A DNA stretch of 57,215 nucleotides, counting the filler, from Dugesia japonica (Eukaryota): assembly GCA_001938525.1 (NCBI GenBank). It is 6 parts of 6 records of this genome, joined end to end, with 100 filler letters (N's around TTAATTAATTAA, not from the genome) between each part and the next. Parts side by side here need not be neighbours in the genome. Positions count along the whole stretch, not along the records: positions 48,957 to 57,215 come from MQRL01196957.1; 5 more parts are not named here. One strand, 5' to 3'. The notes under the pieces are model-generated. The model was not told where the DNA came from. It saw only the letters and a list, made by a program, of their open reading frames with translations, and ran no database searches. Numbering within the stretch: position 1 is the stretch's first letter; each line of letters begins with the position of its first letter. The translations under genes and the position numbers were made by a program. Below are positions 51,470-57,215 of this stretch, piece after piece.

Positions 51470-53230
51470 TGACTGTTTAGTACTATTGTTTTAGCTAAGA
51501 ATGAAAATATTCCTGTTACCATTTTCCAATTTACTTTCTTTTCTCGTTTGTAAATGTCAAAACAGGCGAATAGTTGGTTTATTACTACAATTTAGCTACT
51601 GAGATTATCAGCATGACTCCTAATAATCTTGCTATAGGTTGACCGAACACTGAATCATCCCCACATTTTCTTCATGAAGTTTTCTGTGGATTTCTGAAAA
51701 TGATCTGCTGATAGTAGTACATCATAGTTGATATGACCCTCTATGTTGGACCCACTAGTCTATTTTACGATGTTTGATAGGCACTGCATTTTTCTGAATG
51801 GAAATAACATATACCCTCTTACCTTTTCCAAATCTTCCCTGCTGTAGATGTCTCCTTTGCTTGAATCGATTGGGGTCAATTTCATCCCTCCGTTTCACCG
51901 TAACATTGAGAATTGTCTAGGTTCAAGTCCTATTGCGATACGTTGTGGGTACCTTATCCATGATCTGTCTGATAAGACATTTTGTTGTCCGAATACGTTG
52001 GAACAATTTATGATATTTGGTTTATAACCACGAGATGAGATTATTCTGGTAATTGTTTGTGTGTAATGTTTCTTGTTTTTGTATATAATTTCCAATTCAT
52101 TATAACAGTGTTTCGGGTTAGATGAGAATTCAGCATCTATATCTTTACACTTGTATAGGTACATAACTTTTCTTACTACTTGGCGGAATTGTCCTCTTTC
52201 TAATGGAATTAGTAGTGTCACGCCATCTGGATTAGTGACTTCCATGGTCAGTTTTGTTTTCAATATCTCCTTGTTTAATGCACAATCATTTATAGTATTA
52301 AGTCTTGGTACACTTCATCGATGATATCTTGAGTTCTATGAAATAAGTTATCCACTTTATTATAAGTATATAGATGTAATTTTATATCCTGTGACATTAC
52401 AGTCACTTGACTTCATATGATTTTACATTCGGTTATAAATATTTCTTTATAATTGGTTTTATGCAGTATTTGTCAGCATTTTGATATAGTATCACCTTTT
52501 ATGAGACGTATTGTTTCATCATGTTCAGATGACATTAGTACGGTGGGTGTAATTTGCCAATTGTAATTATCGGATTGTGGCCGTTTTTTCATTGCTTTCT
52601 TGATATTTGGTATTCCTTCCTATTTTGGGGCTTCTTCGACAGCCGCTAGGGTCCGTTGGCTCTGATATTCGTTAAACATTCCTTTCTTTAGATGTGCTAA
52701 CTTGCAATCCTGGTAATCGACTTTGTATGTCAATGTTGATGAACAAGTGTTGCATGATCGATCCGCCACCCCAATATGACCTCGTTTTCATCGTCAGGTC
52801 TTGTGCATCAAAGAATGTTTCATATTCCTTGAGTTCTACCGTGTATGTTTTTATTGCTACTGCATATTTCGATACCTTTCCTCTTATAGTGTATGTTCCA
52901 TATTCGCATTCCCCTTTATGTGTGGATGTACCTCCAGCTGATTTAAACGGTTGGTCTATAATGTGCCCCTTTTTTGCGATAATCTGTGGACCATGTTTGA
53001 TGGTGAATTTGCTTGTTGTGAAACCCTCTTCCAATTGCTGACTAGTTATATGTACAGGATGTTTAACTATTCCAGGGTCTATTACAGATGTATAGCTGTA
53101 ATAACTGCAATGGAATATAAACGTTCGTACTATCACTATACACTCGCGAATTTGTGCTTTGTAATAATCCGATATTATTTTCTGCCAGTTCGCTTTTACT
53201 TTTGCGTATACCTGTGGATGTTGATAAAAA
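51470..53230 (-). pseudogene. Chuvirus-like (class III) viral fusion glycoprotein
   Basis: RECIVIVRTFIFHCSYYSYTSV, SAGG..GECEYG, DCALNKEILKTKL, VMYLYKC..HCYNELEI..TITRIISSRG..INCS..W..YP, DIYSREDL, then membrane-proximal and transmembrane segments (FSVFGQPIARLLGVMLII; WKMVTGIFSFLA). Confidence 0.8.
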
Positions 53231-53399
53231 TTGAGTAACTGATTCATTACTCGCCTTCTCCCGGTAGTGGTTGTTGATGCTTCTATTGTTTTGTATAAGA
53301 TTTTATTTATCCATTCGGATTCTGGTGAGGAAATTATTATTCGTTTCCTGGTGTCTTCCATCTCGATAACTTCTGTTAGTGCATCGTGTTAGTTATGAA

Positions 53400-54560
53400 T
53401 TTTTCTACGTGTTTTAATCATATTACACTGATTCTGGTGTGGTTCATTGAGTAGATTTTGTTTTGCCAATCTTGCTTGTTGTACTTGTAAATCTTGATTT
53501 TGCNATTGGAGCCATTCGTTTTTTNGTTGGGCTTTATTATAAACGTTGTCATAAGTGCTTTGTTGTAGTAGATTGACCTGCCCTTTATTTTCATTTAACC
53601 GTTGTCGCAGTCACTCGTTTTTTGCATCAAGTTGTTGAGGTTTATATTCGGATTTCGATTTTTATAATTTCGTTGATTTCTATTTCGGTATTTCTTTACA
53701 ATATTATCTCTTCTATTGCATTTGTAACAAGTGATTAGGTTTTTAGAAAACAGGTTTTCATGGTATGATTAATTTTCTTACAAAAGGTGCAGAAACGGTT
53801 CATATTGCTATTGCCTTTGCTTCTACATTCTCTTACTATGTGTCCTCTTTTGCCACATGCATTACATTGTATATTCTGTTTATTCTGCTAATTATTTTGT
53901 TGTGAGTTAAATCATCCTCCGTTTCCTTTGGGTAATTAGGCTTAGTGTTTCTGTTGTTCCGTTCCTGTCTTGGAGTCAGAGTTTTCATCATCGATTGTGT
54001 ATTAGGTATGAAATCTGATATACGCGGAATAGTTTCTTCAGTTCGGCCTTCCACCTTGAGTATTCGTACTGTTGATCGATCTGACACAATTCGCAGGGTA
54101 GTTAGTGCATCTTGGAGTGTCGTAGGTTTACTCAGTTTTAACATGAGATTTGCATTCTCGTTGAGTAGTCTATTTAAAAATATGGACAATATTTGGCTGT
54201 TTTACAGTTTATCTTCTAGTGTTAATTACCTCGTCTTTTGAGCTCCATCATATATGCCTGGTAGGATTCTCTTCGTTGTTGTTTTCAATTGGTGAATTGT
54301 TCAAAATCTTGACCGGTTAGCTTTAAGTTCATGAAATTGTCGGTTAATATTGCCACCACTTTATCCCATGTGGCACGGATCTCTTCCATACCCTTAATTT
54401 AATCTCAAAAAACAGTTTTGGCGACACCTGTTAGGTATGTTGGTAATTGGCTCCTCTTAGCTTTGTCATCCCATCAGCTGGTTTTGTCATAGATTTCGTA
54501 GTTTTGTATAAATTCATCCAATTTTTCCGGTATTTCGCTAATGTATTGTTGGGGTGAAAC
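53400..54560 (-). pseudogene. Gag of element A with CCHC zinc knuckles
   Basis: FIQNYEIY..WDDKAKRSQLPTYLTGVA; KPTTLQDAL; CNACGKRGH..REC, CTFCKKINH..TC, CYKC. Confidence 0.85.
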
Positions 54561-54644
54561 ACTTCATTACCAAAACAAGAATGATATAAAATTCCAATAC
54601 GAAGTAATAAGAAGAAACGAAAAATCTGGTAAATGATCAATACT

Positions 54645-55480
54645 GACCGTTAACTCAGTATCAATTATTAAATTATTAAAGAAAACTCATAAAGATTAAA
54701 AAATAACAGATAGACGAAAATGTATTCAAGATTACTAATAATAATTAGAAGAATTAAAATTTATGCTGGAATATATTAAATTAATTAAAATGAAAATTAT
54801 GCTAAAAAAATTAATTAATTTCATTTGAAAAAAGAATATTAATTATGAGAAAATCATTTTAAGGGCAATATCTTGGCCCCAGATGGTCAAAAAGAATCCA
54901 AGAAAGAAAATGTAAAGAGAAAAAGTTACGGGGCAGTTGAATTTCCCAACGAGAAGACTCTACCATCATAAGGAGAGTCTAGAAAAGGTTTCGAAGATTC
55001 GGCCAATAGTAGACCAGAAAATAATGAAAAAACAAAGAAATAGAAAACACGAGATGTCCTAAAAATATGCACCAATAAAACAGCTAAAAATCATGAAAAC
55101 TTTTATAGAAATAGAAATGGTACCAATTGGAGAGGCTAAAACAAAAATAAAATTAGAATGCCAATGCAAACCAAGTTGTGGTGCATGGGAAAATGGTATA
55201 TAAACCCCCATATTTTAGACACAAATATCCAAAATTTAACTACTTTATTTTGATCAGTTTGTTGTAAAGAAATAACAGTAATCTTTGGACGAAAAGAGAA
55301 TAGATTACCGTAATACTCTCATCATTTGACTTGAATTAAATTATCTCTCATAGAAGCTGGAACTACGTCAATTAACTCGTTGTCACATCGCTCGGAGAAA
55401 ACCGAAAAACTAACCCGTAGCAGAATTCCGGAAAAAAGGAATCTTTAAAAGTAGTTATTATATTTTTATTTGGATGTGAA
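54645..55480 (+). mobile_element. Purine-rich LTR-like repeat, related to 39586-40380
   Basis: CACCAATAAAAC, GTATATAAACCCCC, ATTTTAGAC..TCCAAAATTT, TCAGT. Confidence 0.4.
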
Positions 55481-56039
55481 TGATATGTTGTGTTATAATA
55501 AATATTTAATGATAAAAGGAATTACCTGATTCGATTACTAAAAGTAAATAAATCTAAAACAGAAAAACACATAAAATTCATAGTAAATTTTATTCTATTT
55601 TATCTAGATAGTGAGCATAATTTTAGTTATATTATTCATTAAGCCCTTGGCGGAACAGATCCAAACTGTTAATCTGCATAGTAAAACCGATGCTTAATTC
55701 CACGATGAGCAATTGTGTCTTTGTCTACAAATTTTCTTTTTACTCCACAATTATGGTTAAAAAAATTTGACCCATTAGCAGTACACTGTTTAAAGTTTTA
55801 TAAGTAAAAATTTGAGATTTTTAAAGTTTAATACGTGCTTTGTTTATAATTCTTTTGGTTTTTTAATGTAAAAATTAGTTTAAATTATTATTTTTAATAA
55901 TTAATTAATTATACGTATTGAAATAATCAATTTGAAGTTAAGTTTAATAATAAATTATATGTATTTTCGAAATTTAGACATTATTTATGAAAAGAAGACT
56001 TAAAAGTATATATATTTTTATTACATAATATCTTTAAAT

Positions 56040-56540
56040 TTTAAACACGCTGCATAAAATGTTTTAACTTATTATAATAATTCTTCATGCTAGTGTTTTT
56101 ATCTTCCCTAAATATTGAAGAAATTGCTGATTTGATTTGATTAAATTTTGAATCCGAATTTAATTCCAAATTATTGGTCAACATTTTCCGCAATTTGGAT
56201 TTAAAATGGGAAAATAATTTTCGATCGGATTTAAAAATGGATTGTAAGGTGGAAGGCTGACTATCTTGTGGTGACTATTGTTGTGAGAGTACGATTGTAG
56301 ATGGACGCATTATCATGTATAAGATAATATTCATTCGCATCAAATTTAAAAGATAAATCCAGAATAAACTTTTGGTAAATCACTTGATTGATGAACCCTT
56401 GATGTACTGAAAAATGAATTGGTCCATTGATGCCAATAGCCATTATTATTGATATGTTTTGGCTTCGTTGACGTGGGACTTGAATGTACGCATTTTCTCC
56501 ACTTATGCTTCTTCCTTTTAGCCTTTGTATCTACACATTG
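56040..56540 (-). mobile_element. IS630/Tc1-superfamily DDE transposase remnant
   Basis: MAIGINGPIHF..YLIHDNASIY; frameshifted LPPYNPFLNPIENYF. Confidence 0.85.
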
Positions 56541-57120
56541 CAATAGGTCTCGTCAATTATCAAGAGGATGAGATAAAACAAAAACAGCAGCATTTAGTCA
56601 AGCAATTTGCCACAATTAATGAACTGCAACAGTCTCACACAGTTCTTCAACCTATCTCTCATCCGTTAGTACTACCAATCCTACCACACCCAAGGAATTT
56701 AATCGTTTTTAATCCACCCAAATCATCATTAAACCCTGATGCTCCTGAATGGCAACCAACCAACTCTGGCCTACCAAGACAATTCACACCATTAATAATC
56801 CAGGATTCTACACTAGCCCCAGTCAAACCTAAAATACCCGATTGGATAAACAAAATAATCGATCAGGTCCCACACATACTTCAGCACCTTCCACAATGCC
56901 AACTCAACCCAGAAAACCAGTACCATTGGTAATACAAGAATCCCAAAATAACCAACTCGGTTTTGCAGCACCCAGCTGGATACCCAGTAGGACCTCAGTG
57001 TGGAATCATAACCAATTTAAGAGAAACCTGTCCCAATCAATCGTAATCGAAATATTACGGAAATACGGCTCTATCCTAAAAGCGAACAACCAGAACAACC
57101 TAGCAGAGGAAGTCGATTAG
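56540..57120 (+). pseudogene. Pro/Gln-rich gag-like ORF remnant with PAM2-like motif
   Basis: SSLNPDAPEWQP in a low-complexity ORF abutting the Tc1-like insertion. Confidence 0.35.
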
Positions 57121-57215
57121 AACGAGCTAGACTCGATGTATATAAACTGTAAATAATAATGATTCATTGAACTAATTGGGTAAACGAACTTTAAATGTAT
57201 TAATGTATACCGTAG

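Larger units (their letters stand above)
50605..54560 (-). mobile_element. Gypsy-like element A with gag-envelope-protease order
   Basis: gag, glycoprotein and aspartic protease occur successively on one strand inside one gap-free contig, with no LTR or PPT between them. Confidence 0.75.

Noticed and set aside
52694-54241. Plus-strand ORFs within the Gypsy region (also 48987-50749)
   Set aside because: Antisense shadows of minus-strand gag, env and pol.

Overview
AT-rich eukaryotic (invertebrate animal) draft sequence with short 44-57 nt GT-AG introns; nematode or flatworm is plausible but cannot be established from the sequence. Five 100-nt gaps containing an artificial TTAATTAATTAA linker (9516-9615, 18637-18736, 27950-28049, 38241-38340, 48857-48956) split the window into six segments, so adjacency across them is unverified. 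Most of the window is decayed mobile DNA: two R2/NeSL/Utopia-type non-LTR retroelements (one with Ulp1-like protease repeats), two Polinton/Maverick-type protein-primed PolB fragments, Penelope (with a minimal hammerhead), several Gypsy pieces, mariner/Tc1, hAT, piggyBac, Helitron, MITEs and minisatellites. Host exons include the 3' end of an ethanolamine/choline kinase, an exon with a Pax-octapeptide/eh1 motif and several unidentified exons. The most unusual feature is a degenerate Gypsy-like element (about 54560-50605, minus strand). In it a chuvirus-like class III fusion glycoprotein lies between gag and the protease and reads in frame into the protease, giving a gag-env-pro order instead of gag-pol-env. 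All family calls come from motifs recognised by eye; no database searches were run.
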